64,000 bases of DNA, from assembly GCF_009914755.1 (NCBI RefSeq), contig NC_060925.1, one strand, 5' to 3'. This DNA comes from the human T2T-CHM13v2.0 reference genome, Homo sapiens. Both the position numbers and the translations under genes were made by a program. Shown piece by piece: positions 43,296 through 61,213 of this stretch. Every line of letters starts with the position of its first letter. Position 1 is the stretch's first letter. The notes under the pieces are model-generated. The model made no database searches. It was not told the DNA's origin and was given only the letters and a program-made list of their open reading frames with translations.

Positions 43296-44384
43296 TGTTT
43301 TTTGTTTTTAACATATGCCATTTGTCTCCTATGTCAGGACAAAAGCACCTTATAGACAGACGGCAAAATGGCAGCTGCCCATTTTCTCTTTCACCTCAAA
43401 CAGTCCCTGGCTTGCCTGCAAAGATCCTGAAACCAAACAGCAGCTGACTATAGGGCTGAGGAAAAAGGCTACTGCCATGTAAAAGAGAGAGGAAAAGGTG
43501 AGTGAATTACAACCTTAATGCTAATCAAATCAAATCATATCATTTCATAGATTTTTTTTAAAATGAAGGTTAGGAAAAAAAAATCACTCTCATACCCCAT
43601 CCACTAAAAAACCTGTAGGTTAACCTTGTGGTTAAAAGCTTAGACTCTAGAGTTAGACTGTGTGACCTTGGGCAAGTTACTTAAACTCTTTGTGCCAAAA
43701 TTTCCTAATCTGTAAAATGAGGATAACCATAATACCTGTTATAAGAATTAAATGCAATACTGCCAGCAAAGAGCTCAGAATAGTATTTAGCACATAGTAA
43801 ATGTTCAAGAAATATCAGCTATCATTGTTACTATGTTTTAAAAGGATCAACCTGGCCCAAGCTGAATTCTGTAAATAGAAAAATTCCGACATTAGAAATC
43901 TAAGGTGAAAACCAGCTCAAATGTCCATTTTAAGCGACGTAGAAGGCTCCAATCTTGTTGTACTGGCAGCTACTTTTCATTCACCTGAAGTGTTGAATCA
44001 ATGGAAATCCTGCTAAGTCAGAAGTTGCATATTGATTTATATGGTAGGTATTGTGCTAGGATACTCATTTCTGTGTCTCTGGCACCATCTAAAATTTGGT
44101 TAATCTCAGATTCATGGGAAGACAGATAGACATGGATAAACTGTCACACTATGGTAAATGCCACATAGAGGCCCTGAGTGCAATAGGGAAAGAGGAGAGC
44201 CATATTCTCTCCTGTCTGGAGGGATCTCAGAGAACCTCATGGAAATTGAGGAGGTTCTTAAGGATGGGCAAAACTTGAACAGATTGAGAAGGGAATTAAA
44301 GGAAGTATGAACAAAATACATGGATCAAGTCAAGGAGTGAAGTGGAATGAACCCTGACTTCAGGATTAGAAAATCTGCATTTAG

Positions 44385-44745
<361 letters not shown>

Positions 44746-45364
44746 TCATCTATATATCATGTTTGTATGATACTCATATATTAATACAAGTGCTTTTTAA
44801 CATACAAGGAATTACGCAAACATAAGGAGGATTACTCTAGAGTCAGCTTCAAAGCTTTAGTAATCACTCTAGAATATCAATACTAGCTCCCCAAATGTAC
44901 TTTCTTTGAATCAAATTCCCCAAAAGCCCCAGCAGAGAATGAAAACCACTAGTCAAACATAAAGATTATGAGGTACGTAAGCTGAGGAAGCATTTTCCAA
45001 AGGGAAGAAAAAAATGAGAGTAGGTCTTTCAGATTTTGCCTGAGAAGAGGCAAAGGAAGATGGGCCTTTTCATTTAACAACAGAAATCCTAAAAAAAATT
45101 TTTGGAGACCTGCCAGATAAGGCTTGAGAAAGATTAACTGTGGCAGATCCTGATCTACTATACAAGAACCTTTGCCCTAAAAAGTTACCATTGTTGTAAT
45201 CACAATCACCATAGGGCTCAGAGAACCAATGGAACCAAAAGCTGTATTATCAACCAACTCCACAGTGAATTTGATATTTGTCAAAGTTACTCATATAACA
45301 ATGTAAAACCCACGAGAGGAAAAAAAATGGCCTATGGTAAACTTGAAGCTGAATCCTAATTTAC

Positions 45365-45497
45365 CTGAAAGTGTAGTTCCCAGGGACGAGTTTACTTAGT
45401 TTTAATATGGCTGTATCTTCAGAAATCTTCTCTTCTCTTAGAGGCCCCTTAAGTTCTTCCCAATGGTACTGAACGATTTTATCATCATCAGTGCTTT
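45365..45497 (-). CDS. KIAA0319L: KIAA0319L ex9: PKD2 core
   Basis: 133 nt, AAG acceptor. Encodes QSTDDDKIVQYHWEELKGPLREEKISEDTAILKLSKLVPGNYTFS. Confidence 0.93.
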
Positions 45498-45739
45498 CTT
45501 GACCATAAAGAAACATCAGTTACAACATGAGAACGCTTGGTCTTAGCACTTATCCAGTTTACACAAACCAGGACAACTACCCAGAGATTTGAAGCTAGGA
45601 AAACTTCACGAAATTACAGACTATCTCTCCAGAATGTTTCTTCCCTAGGAATACTGGGTCATTCTGCCTCTCTATGTATATTCTACTGTGTAGTTTTCCA
45701 AGAACTCCAACACAGGCAACCTCTGGTTAAAATACTACT

Positions 45740-46805
<1,066 letters not shown>

Positions 46806-47680
46806 GTACAACGTGAGCCCTTTCTACCACTCTCTATCACAAGGGCTTCTTCCTGTTCCCTCTCTTCCCTCCTGGCCTACTATCATCCTCCTAGCCTCCT
46901 CTTCTTGCCAGCACCATCAACATCAAACGCTTAACCTTGTTAGAGGGTCCTCTGCTAAAGCTGTGACTGCCTCTCCCAAAAACCATCGCTGGTGCCAAGA
47001 CAGTCAGGGTAAAGGACCTTAACCGGTCTCAAAAAATCAAAACAAAACAAAACAAAACAAAACCAAAAACCAAGCAAATACTGGTGAGAGGATAGGTCTG
47101 AAACCTCTTGCACCATACAGCCACAATTAAGGGCAAAGACCCAAAATCCTCTCATGTCACTCACTGGATGACACTACTCTGAAGAGTAAAATGTTAAGAA
47201 GCCCAGACCAGGGTGTGGAGTGCATTCTGTGAGTGTCTCCAGGAGGCGGCTGATGAGAATCTCGTTAGGCAAGTGATGGCTGGGTAAAAGCTCCTCAGTC
47301 AGGCCTCCCAGTTACTTACCTTGCTATGATTGGAAGGAACTTTGGTTCCATGAATGAAAAAGGCAACTCCAACTAAGCAAATCTGAAAACCAGTGAGTTT
47401 CAACTAAAATCATGCTAATTACATGCATAGTTTCAGTTTCTTACCATCTCAAAGTGGAAATATTACTTCAAATAGGCTACCTGGGGATTTTAAAGAAGGC
47501 CTGTCTGGTGTGTTGCTTTTCAGTCAGTTGCTTCAGATGGTTGGCCTTCCCCTAACATGGTCAAGATGACTGGCCTAAACAGAACGCAGACACAGCTGGC
47601 CCCAAATCTTCTACTAGAGTTTTCTATCAGAGTACACGGTGAATGTTCTTCTAAAACATCATACTTAGACAAGTACTCAC

Positions 47681-47773
47681 GACTGCCATCAATGACTGTA
47701 GAAGTGGTTGGCAAAGAGATCTCCTGGAACTGAGGTGACACAATAGCAATGGGGGGCCGATTCTTACGGGGCT
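47681..47773 (-). CDS. KIAA0319L: KIAA0319L ex8: PKD2 N-part
   Basis: 93 nt, phase 1-1. Encodes EPRKNRPPIAIVSPQFQEISLPTTSTVIDGS. Confidence 0.95.
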
Positions 47774-47870
47774 CTGCAAGAAAGTGACCCAAAAGAAATT
47801 GGGAAAGAGGCTTCAGAAATTACAGGAGCAGGCTGTATCTGAGAGGATTATAAATCAATTTCCATTACAT

Positions 47871-48226
47871 CAGTGGTCCCTAGCCTTTTTGGCACCAGGG
47901 ACCAGTTTTGTGGAAGACAATTTTTCCATGAACGGGTGGTGGGGGTTGGGGGCTGGGGTGCAGTGCATGGTTTTGGGATGAAACTTCCACCTCAGACCAT
48001 CAGGGATTAGAGCCTCAAAAGGAGTGTACAACCTAGATCCCTTGCGTGTGCAGTTCACAATAAGGTTCATCCTCCTGTGAGAATCTAATGCCATCACTGA
48101 TCTGACAGGAGGCAGAGCTCAGGCAGTAGTGCTCACTCACCCGCCATTTACCTCCTGCTGTGCAGCCCAGTTCCTAACAGGCCACGGACAGATAGCAGTC
48201 CATGGCCTTGGGGCTGGGGACCCCTG
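47871..48226. mobile_element. MER1B (hAT-Charlie), complete
   Basis: Ends CAGTGGTCCC...GGGGACCCCTG; perfect 8-bp TSD CATTACAT at 47863-47870 and 48227-48234. Confidence 0.9.
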
Positions 48227-48796
48227 CATTACATAATTAATGATTGAAGCATCACCACACAGGAGAGTCACAAGACCAGACTGCCATTCTAACATAAGAC
48301 ACTTCGGAGTATAAAAGCCTCTTCCAAATCTGACCATTCCTAAGACCATGCCCTGTGTATTCTTTCAATGCTCATGTGCTATCTAGTTGATGAAAAGTAC
48401 TACAGCAGCAAGTGACTCCTTTCAGCCAAGCCTGACTAGAAGCAGACAACAAACAAGCTGTGGGCAATAAAGACCTTGGCAATCAAACCGTCCCTTGGCA
48501 CAGACTGTGCTGAAAAGCTGATGGGTGGTTTCTCAACCATCCTAGAGCTCACTGTATGTGAACTAACTATGGGTTAAGTGATGGGAAGGTCACAAACCAC
48601 TCTGGTCCACCCAAATGACTGTGTGCTACAAATCCATGGCATTTTCTTTGCAAAATGATCAAATGGTCTTGATGCTGATCACATTTTTAAGAAGGTGAAA
48701 GGATTATCTTGGCTACAAAGTACAAGGAATGAAAAGAAAATCTATTACCAAGAAAGAAAAGAGCATTGAGAATTTATGCTGTATATGTACCACTGT

Positions 48797-51111
48797 TGAT
48801 ATGGTCTGGCTGTGTCTCCACTCAAATCTCATCTTGAATTGTAACTTCCACAATTCCCACCTCATGGGAGGAACCTGGTGGGAGGTGATTAAATTATGGG
48901 GGTGGGTCTTTCCTGTGCTGTTCTCATGATAGTGAATGAGTCTCACAAGATCTGATGGTGTTAAAAACAGGAGTTACTCTGCACAAGCTCTCTTTTTGCC
49001 TGCTGCCATCCATGTAAGACATGACTTGCTTCTCCTTGCCTTCTGCCATGGTTGTGAGGCCTCCCCAGCCACGTGCTACTCTAAGTCCATTAAAACTCAT
49101 TCTTTTGTAAATTGCCCAGTCTCGGGCATGTCTTTATCAGCAGTGTGAAAACATACTGACACAGTAAATTGGTACCAGTAGAGTAGGGTGCTGCTGAAAA
49201 GATATCCAAAAATGTGGAAGCAACTTTGCAACTGGGTAACAGGTAGAGGTTCAAGCAGTTTGGAGGGCTCAGAAGAAGACAGGAAAATGTGGGAAAGTTT
49301 GGAACTTCCTAGAGACTTGTTGAATGGCTTTGCCCAAAATGCTAATAGCAATATGGACAATAAAGTTCAGGTTGAAGTGGTCTCAGATGGAAATGAGGAA
49401 ATTGTTGGGAACTGGAGCAAAGGTGACTCTTGCTATGTTTTCGCAGAGACTGGCAGCATTTTGCCCCGGCCCTAGAGATCTGCAGAACTTTGAACTTGAG
49501 AGATGATTTAGGGAATCTGGCAGAAGAAATTTCTAAAGAGCAAAGCATTCAAGAGGTGACTTGGGTGCTGTTAAAGGCATTCAGTTTTATACGGGAAGTA
49601 GAACATAAAAGTTCAGAAAATTTGCAGCCTGACAATGCAATAGAAAACAAAATCCCATTTTCTAAGGAGAAATTCAAGCTGGCTTCACAAATCTGCATTA
49701 GTAATGAGGAGCTGAAAGTTAATCCCCAAGAAAATGGGGAAAATGTCTCTAGGGCATGTGAGAGGGCTTCATAGCAGCCCTCACAGGGGCTGGAGGCCTG
49801 GAGGCCTAGGAGGGAAAAATGGTTTCGTGGGCCAGGCCCAGGTTCTCAGTGCTGTGTGCAGCCTAGGGACTTGGTGCCCTGCATCCCAGCTGCTCAAGCC
49901 ATGGCTGAAAAGGGCCAATGTAGAGCTCAGGCTGTGGCTTCAGAGGGTGCAAGCCTCAAGTCTTGGCAGTTTCCATGTGGTGTTGAGCCTGCAAGTACAC
50001 AGAAGTCAAAAATTGAGGTTTGGGAACTTCCGCCTAGATTTCAGAGTATGTATGGAAACACCTGGATGTCCAGGCAGATGTCTGCTGCAGAGGCGGGGCT
50101 CTCATGGAGAACCTCTGCTAGGGCAGTGCAGAAGGGAAATATGGGGTTGGAGGCCCACACAGTCCCTACTGGGGAACTGTCTAGTGGAGTTGTGAGAAAA
50201 GGGCCACTGTCCTCCAGACCCTGGAATGGTAAATCCACTGACAGCTTGCACTATGCACCCGGAAAAGCCGCAGACACTCAACGCCAGGCTGTGAAAGTAG
50301 CTGAGAGGGAGGCTGTACCCTGCAAAGCCACAGGAGTAGAGCTGCCCAAGACCATAGCAACACACCTCTTGCATCAGCATGACCTGGATGTGAGACATGG
50401 AGTCAAAGGAGATCATTTTGGAGTTTTAAGACTTGACTGCCCTGCTGGATTCTGCACTTGCATGGGGCCTGTAACCCCTCTGTTTTGGCCAAATTCTCCC
50501 ATTTGGAACGGCTATATTTATCCAAGCCTGTACCCCCATTGTACCTAGGAAGTAACTAACTTGCTTTTATTTCACAGGCTCATAGGCAGAATCGACTTGC
50601 CTTGTCTCAGATGAGACATTGGACTGTGGACTTTTCAGTTAATGCTGAAACGAGTTAAGACTTTGGGGGACTGTTGGGAAGGCATGACTGGTTTTGAAAT
50701 GTGAGGACATGAGATTTGGGAGGGGCCAGGGGTGGAATGATATGGTTTGGCTGTGTCCCCACCCAAATCTCATCTTGAATTGTAACTCCCACAATTCCCA
50801 CGTGTTGTGGGAGGAACCCAGTGGGAGGAACCTGGTGGGAGGTAATTGAATTATGGGGGCAGGTCTTTCCTATGCTGTTCTTGTGATAGTGAATGAGATT
50901 TGATGGTTTTAAAAATGGGAGTTTCCTTGCACAAACTCTCTTTTTGCTTGTTGTCATCTACATAAGACGTGACTTGCTCCTCCTTGTCTTCCACCATGAT
51001 TGTGAGGCCTCCCCAGCCACGTGGAACTGTAAGTCCATTAAACCTCTTTCTTTTGTAAATTGCCCAGTCTCAGGTATGTCTTTATCAGCACCATGAAAAT
51101 GTACTAATACA
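48797..51111 (+). mobile_element. Full-length THE1A (MaLR): 5'LTR 48797-49163, internal 49164-50737, 3'LTR 50738-51111
   Basis: Both LTRs run TGATATGG...ACA; PPT gggaggggccaggggtggaa precedes the 3'LTR; 5-bp TSD ACTGT/ACTGC. Antisense to KIAA0319L. Confidence 0.92.
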
Positions 51112-51667
51112 ACTGCCCATCTTCTCTTAAATTTCTCTGAAAATGCAAAATAAGATTCCTTCCTACTGCACTGTGATCTACCTACAGTGGTTCATTTTAA
51201 AAGAATGACATGATTTTGTTACCAAGGTGAAAGAGACTGGTAGTGTTTAAATGAGGAACTCTGTGTACAAAGGCTCACATCTCTGGAAAGAGATCAGAAA
51301 GAGCTGGTCACTTGGCTGGTTCTCCTTCTGCATGCTTCTCCTAGGCTCTTGGCTTCCCTGTGTCTGTTAATTACAACTCATGGTCCCTCTCAGCATGGCC
51401 CACTTGAAGAAGTAGGTCTCGGTAGATAAGTTATTGCTTAGGCCATACTGCACTGTGGGCCATGTGTCCAGCTCAGCATTCCAACTAGAGCACTGTTGGA
51501 ACAAAGTCTGTATTTTGCTATTGTAACTATTCACCACATTGAACTAGGAATTGCTGAATAAATACATTACAAAAAAAATGAGAATCAAAAACCCCAAATC
51601 AAATCTCTATCTCCTCAGGAGTCCTGCAGAGGGAGGAAGGGAGACACAGCCAGGGCTGAAAACATAC

Positions 51668-51755
51668 CTGGCTTGACTGTCACGTTCACATAGCCTTCCC
51701 CATGGGCATTTTGACCCTCTACAATCACTTTGAATTCATACAGGCCTGGAGTGAG
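51668..51755 (-). CDS. KIAA0319L: KIAA0319L ex7: PKD1 C-part
   Basis: 88 nt. Encodes LTPGLYEFKVIVEGQNAHGEGYVNVTVKP. Confidence 0.95.
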
Positions 51756-51892
51756 CTGCAGAAGTGAGAGAAGATCTCTTAGACAATCACAAAGAGCAGG
51801 AATTACATTTAAAATAAGATATATCTGAACTTTCCCAAGCTGAATCTTTCACTCTTTCCTTCCCCTATTTCCAAAATGGAAAAGGTAAAGTA

Positions 51893-52130
51893 GCCTGTAA
51901 TCCTAGCAATTTGGGAGGAGGCGGGTGGATCACTTGAGTTCCTGAGTTCAAGACCAGCCTGGGCAATATGCCAAAACCCCATCTCTACCAAAAATACAAA
52001 AATTAGCCAGGTGTGGTGGCACACACCTGTAGTCCCAGCTACTTAGTAGGCTGAGGTGAAAGGAGGGCTTGAGCCCGGGAGGTGGAGGTTACAGTGAGCC
52101 GAGATCATGTCACTGCACTCCAGCAAGAAA
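51893..52130 (+). mobile_element. Truncated AluJ
   Basis: Alu motifs, 5' end missing. Confidence 0.8.
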
Positions 52131-52752
52131 AAGTAAACTAGCTGAAGAGATAAACAACGAACTGAAAAAAAAAAAAACCCTTTTAATGTGAATCTTATGA
52201 GTAGCTGACTCTAGAACAACAGAAGGGATTTCAAATATCTCTGTACTCCCATTTTCTTTTCAGAAGAACATTAAGGGCCCGAATATCCCACTCCACAGAG
52301 TTACGAAATTAAAATAATCATCACTTCAAAGAAAAACATTTTGTAAAGATACTAAATAGTTCCCAAATATCTGAATATTTTTCCCTCCTGATTTTTACTA
52401 ATTTATAAACTTAATATAAAAAAAAAACAAAAAAGTACCCAGCATATCACTATCATAACACATCAACTCATCAAATTTCTCCATTTCCTTCTAACTCTTG
52501 ACCACATATTAAAATAATAGTTGTGTACAGCTCATTCGTTTAACAAACATTTACTGAAACCAAATCATGTACCAGTCATTGTCCTAGGCTTGTAGTTTGG
52601 ATACGAATAAGGTAAGATCTCTATCTTCAAGGAGCTCATATTTCAGTGGTATTCAAAGTTCTAGCTAAAATCAAGGTATCAAACTTTCTATTGTTCTTTC
52701 TTCCATTCATTTAGCATGAACACCTTCCCTACTATAATACAATCATACAATC

Positions 52753-53058
<306 letters not shown>

Positions 53059-54089
53059 TAATATTTATTTTAACGACCACAAAGCAGTATATGAACAAAT
53101 GTGTCAAATTTCACATAAGCATTTCTAATTGTTCGATACTTGGGTTGTTTCCAAATTTTTACTATTATGACTAATGCTGTAACAAACATCTTCCAGGCAA
53201 ATGTTTTTTTTTTTCTTTCTTTCTTTCTTTTGAAGTATTTTCTTTGGGTAAATACTAATTGAACCACAAGTAGTATCTTTGGCTATTTCCTCTTTATAAC
53301 ACTCTTCTTCTTGGCTTTTACTTCTGTGCTCACACTTCATTTCCTTCAGTTTCCTCTACCCTCCATCCCTTAAATGATGGGTGTTCCCAGGATTCCAACC
53401 TCAGCCTGCTTATTTCTTCACTCTGCACACTCTCCCTGGTTGATTTTATCTATTGCTGTGGCTTCAAAAATCATCTATTTGAGGTTGATGTGCAAATATA
53501 TCTCTCCAGCCCAGACTTGTCTTTTGACCTCCAGTCCCTTTCCCCCAGCTACTAACAGGACAACTCAATTCAAATGTCTCACAGGTACCTCAAACTCACT
53601 CTGTCCAAAAATGAATTAATCATCTGCAAACTTCTCCTTAAAACTTGCTTCTCCTTCTGTGCTCCTCATTTCAATGAACATCCACCCAGATACCTAAGCC
53701 AAAAAGCTAGAATTATCCTGGACTTCTCTTCCCCAACATCCCCAACCAGTTCATCAATCATCAAATTTTATCAAGTCAAACTCCGTATTATTTTTCCAAT
53801 CTACTCACTTGTCTCCATCCACACTGCCATCACCTTAGTTCTTAACCACTTGTCATAGCACAATTATTAAAGGCATGGCCTTTAGAGATGGAAAGCTCCA
53901 GTTTAGACCTACCATTTAATACCTTTGTGAACTCTGGCCAAATCACTTCATTTCTCCAGTTTTTAGTTTTGTCATTTGTAAAAAAGATAGTAATACCTAC
54001 ATCCTGGGATTGTTACGAAGATTAAAAGAAATAAGTGTACAAAATAATCGGCACTGGGTATGGCACATGGTATGAATTCAATAGGTGGT

Positions 54090-55580
<1,491 letters not shown>

Positions 55581-55921
55581 CCTATACTGAATCCCACAAA
55601 GGCTGAGTGAATGTATGCAGTCATGTGGCCACAAATAACCTAGCTTATCCCAAATTCTAAAATCCTTAAGTTAGCCTTAAAAGCCGTTTAGTGTATATTT
55701 TCAGCCACCACTACCATGCTGGTACAGTCTTCTTACCATAAATGAAATTTTGAGAATCATACACTAACAAATACTGGATGTCAGCCAGTCAGATTTTTGG
55801 AGGATTCATTTCTAAAAGACTGTTTACAACTTAAGTGTAGACAGAAAATTATATGATATTCATTTTAGAAAACAGTCAACTCCTCTACCTTTGCCCTGCA
55901 AGTGAAAGGAGGCAAATTCAC

Positions 55922-56019
55922 CTTCGATAGTTTGAGGATCTGGGAATGTTTCCCTTCCATTTCTCCACTGTAGTCTCTAGGATGAGTAATCAGCTGCCAG
56001 TCGTAGGTGTAGGTTTCTC
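55922..56019 (-). CDS. KIAA0319L: KIAA0319L ex6: PKD1 middle
   Basis: 98 nt. Encodes GETYTYDWQLITHPRDYSGEMEGKHSQILKLSK. Confidence 0.95.
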
Positions 56020-57344
56020 CTATAGAAGGGCAGTTACAAAAATCATGAAAACACACACCAACACACAAAGAGGACAGCCACATAGCCTGCCAATAACAAA
56101 TCTCTTCTGATCTTGACAAGGCTTTAGTTTTTAAGATTTCACCCCAAAGCCTGTAGGGAAACCAAACCATCTGCTGAAAGAAAGAGCGAATGCTGCTGAC
56201 TCAGCTACAGTTAGGGCTTCTTCCAACTCTCTCCCAACAATGCTTATTCCTGCCCTATACCGACCCTCTCAGGGCCAATCCTCCCTAAAAAATACCAGGT
56301 TGCTCATGGTGTGGCATACCACTGAAAATACATGTCCGACCAACCATTATAGATGAACTCATTGGGAACAAAGGCCATTTTCTTGCAAAACTTCTTTTGC
56401 AACAAAGAACAGCAATGACTTCTAAATAACATGGTTCAAAAATAGCTTTTTACAGAGTGCTAACAATGCTCGTCTCACTGAGGTCATCACACCCTGGTGA
56501 GTTAAAAGAGCTACTTCATTCCTGCTGAGCTAAATAACACACTGCAGAAGATGGTAGGAGATGGCCCATTTAAAACAGGCCCAGTGAAATTAATTAAAAT
56601 CAAATGAAGCATTAAATGGTACCCACTTGCAGGTCAGACTATATCACTAGGTAAGGCAATGGTAGGATCCTATCTAAATGGCATCCCTCCCCAGAAAAAG
56701 TAGTCTTAAATTTTTTTGGATCAAAATGCATTTCTGATTAGGGAAGGGAGGACTTTGGTAGGAAGGTTTAGTTTAAGTTACTAACCAAAAGTAAAAAAGA
56801 AAAAGGGGGAAAAAAAAACCTGAAACACTTAGCAGAGAGTGGTCATCTTTTTCTTATTTCATGAGTTCAAATGTTAAAATCAGTACACAGAACCTAATTC
56901 CAAGATATCCTTCATCTGAAGACCAATTTTATTTTATAATCCTGGGAGACAAGGTCTTCTTCCTTCCTTCCTTCCTCCTCCAAAACAAGAATTTTTTTGG
57001 CCAGTTGTCAGCGCCAACAGCTCTCACAAACGTATATAGTATGTAGTAGTTATGTTACGAGAGGAGACGGAAAGAAGCAGCACAAGCAGGACTTGTACTC
57101 AGAGACATTTCTTCCAACTGTAGCTGGAAATTCTTTTCCATGTAGAAAACAGTTTGGGAACAGATAATTTTATAATAGCTAAGGCTAGCAACATAAATTT
57201 CAAAACAGGACAATATTCCTAGGACAGAAAAGCTCAGGGGATGAATTATGCCTCGCAGGCAGAAATATGTTCAAAGGTAGGAACAACTGAGTGTAACTCT
57301 GTTAGAAAGAGTGCTGGTTGCAGTGACTGAGGACAGTCGTTCGT

Positions 57345-58456
<1,112 letters not shown>

Positions 58457-59702
58457 AAAGAATCTATTTCTAAACTAACATGTTTTGAAACACTGATCTA
58501 CAAAATGATAGTAACCCACAGAAAGGTACATGCAAATATGGGTTAGGAAAGAAAATACAGTAGAGCCAAACATGTCTTTCACAAAAGAATGGTAGTAATC
58601 AACAGCTCAAGGCAGTCCCTCACCTCCAACTTCAAAAGCCACTAAACCCAATCACCTTAACTTGTCACCAGAGGAAGAAAGGAAAAAGCTTCTCTAGAGG
58701 AATGTGAAATGAATTGATAAGGAAACCTCGATTTGAGAGCAGAAATATAGAACAGACAGGGCATTTTGCTTCTGGAAAAGTACTTTTTGCATTAATATGC
58801 TATTTGGTATTAGGCCTAGAAATTAAGAATACTGTATTGGAGATGTGTGTACCTAAAATGGAAGGACCCCATCCTAAATAGGGAAGGACATTCTACTTGA
58901 CTAACCTTTTAATGATAACATAAACCCAACTGGCTCAATTTCCATCAAAGTATGTACCACTCAAGTCCTAAATAGTGTTAAGAGAACCCATATGTGTTTG
59001 TAAGTCAAACTTTGGTATATTAACACATACTTCAAAGGTGAAAGTAATGTTCATATTACAAAAGTTTTCTTAAATAATGAATTAATCATCCATACTTTAT
59101 ATATTTTATAAACTTGAATTTTGTATATCACATTAGGCTTAGCTTTTTTTTCCCCCAGGGACAGGGTTCTCACTATGGGAAACGATGGTCCTTACAACGG
59201 TCCTGTGAGGATAGGATATAACCCGGGTATGCACAAATATTTATGGAATATGAGAGGTACTATATAATGTAGGGTTTGAGATCACAGGCTTTGATGTCAC
59301 GCTTGGGTTCAAATCTCAGCTGAGCCACTCATTATCTGTGTGAATCTAAGTAAATGACTTCTCTTAATTTCCATTTCTTTCTCAATAAAATGGGGATAAT
59401 AATTCCTACCTCATAAGATTACTTTAAGGGCAAAATGAGATAGTAGATAAGTTACCAGTTTAGTGCCTAGCATATAGCTGATGCTTATTAATATAGAACA
59501 TATTTATTAGGTTGTATTTAAATCCATTTTAAGAGAAAGAAACTGAGACTCAGATTAATCTGTTTATTTTGGTCAAACAACCAGTAAATAGCAGATGTAG
59601 AACTTAGAAAGAAGTTATTCAAGATGACTGCTAATATAAATTTGTAACTTAAAAAAAATACATTTTTTCCTGACAGGAAGTCAGAGGAGGGAAAAAGATA
59701 AG

Positions 59703-59835
59703 GGCCAGGAGTGGTAGTGTATGCCAGTAGTTCCAGCTACTAGGAAGACTAAGGTGGGAGGATCTCCTGAGCCCAGGAGTTTGAGACCAGCCTGGACAAC
59801 ACAGCAAGACTCCATCTCTTTCAAAAACAAAAAAC
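59703..59835 (+). mobile_element. FLAM (left Alu monomer)
   Basis: ~130-nt monomer ending about 30 nt from the ex5 donor. Confidence 0.8.
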
Positions 59836-59863
59836 GGTTATCCAAATGTAAGGGGATGTTTAC

Positions 59864-59965
59864 CTTTAGGTGGTTCTTGGAGAACATATGCATTTAATTG
59901 AACTTCATTCTTAGGCAGGGTTATCTGGACACTCTCTCCAGCAGATACCACCAGTTCCTTTATAA
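59864..59965 (-). CDS. KIAA0319L: KIAA0319L ex5: PKD1 N-part; upstream exons lie outside the window
   Basis: 102 nt, phase 1-1. Encodes VIKELVVSAGESVQITLPKNEVQLNAYVLQEPPK. Confidence 0.93.
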
Positions 59966-60342
59966 CTGGAAACAAAGTAAATATACCAGAGATAAGAAAT
60001 AGATCCAGACTGTCTTATTTCTCTCTTTCTTTTGTGATCAAACTCCTTTCATGATCAATATTCAGCTACTGCCATCAATTACTAACTTTTTTCTACTCTC
60101 TAATTGCTTGAAATTTGATTCTGTCCCCACTTTTCCATTGAAAAGGATCTTTCAAAACTACTTCTTAGTAAATCTAACAGCTGTACCCTAATACCCTCAT
60201 TCTTCATCTCACATCTCAGTGGCTTCTACTATTGCTAACTGCCTCCATCTTAAAACTCTTGGATATCATGACACCATATTATTCTATTTTTCCTCCTTTC
60301 TCTCTTTTCCTCCACTGTATTTTTACTACAGTCTGTCCCTAA

Positions 60343-60855
<513 letters not shown>

Positions 60856-61213
60856 TAAGGACAAACTTCCAACCTGCCATTAGAGAACCATCATCTGATC
60901 TCACTGTCTTATCCTTCCTATCTAATTTTGCCTCTAGTTACATTGATTTTCCCTCTTGTGTTCCACAAAGCCACGGTCTACTCTCAGGGACTTTGCTAAA
61001 GTTATTTCTTTCAACTGCGGTGTTTGCCTTGCTTTATTCTAAATACAGCATTTTGTTTCTAGCTTAAAGTCTGTCTCCTCTCCAAGAAATCTTCCCAGAC
61101 CATTTCAGTTCAAACTGATCTAATCTTGAAGTATGCTAGCATTTTTGGAACACTCAAGTCAGCAAAGAGCTATATACTGTCTTTATACTATTCACCAGCT
61201 ATTTCACATATGT

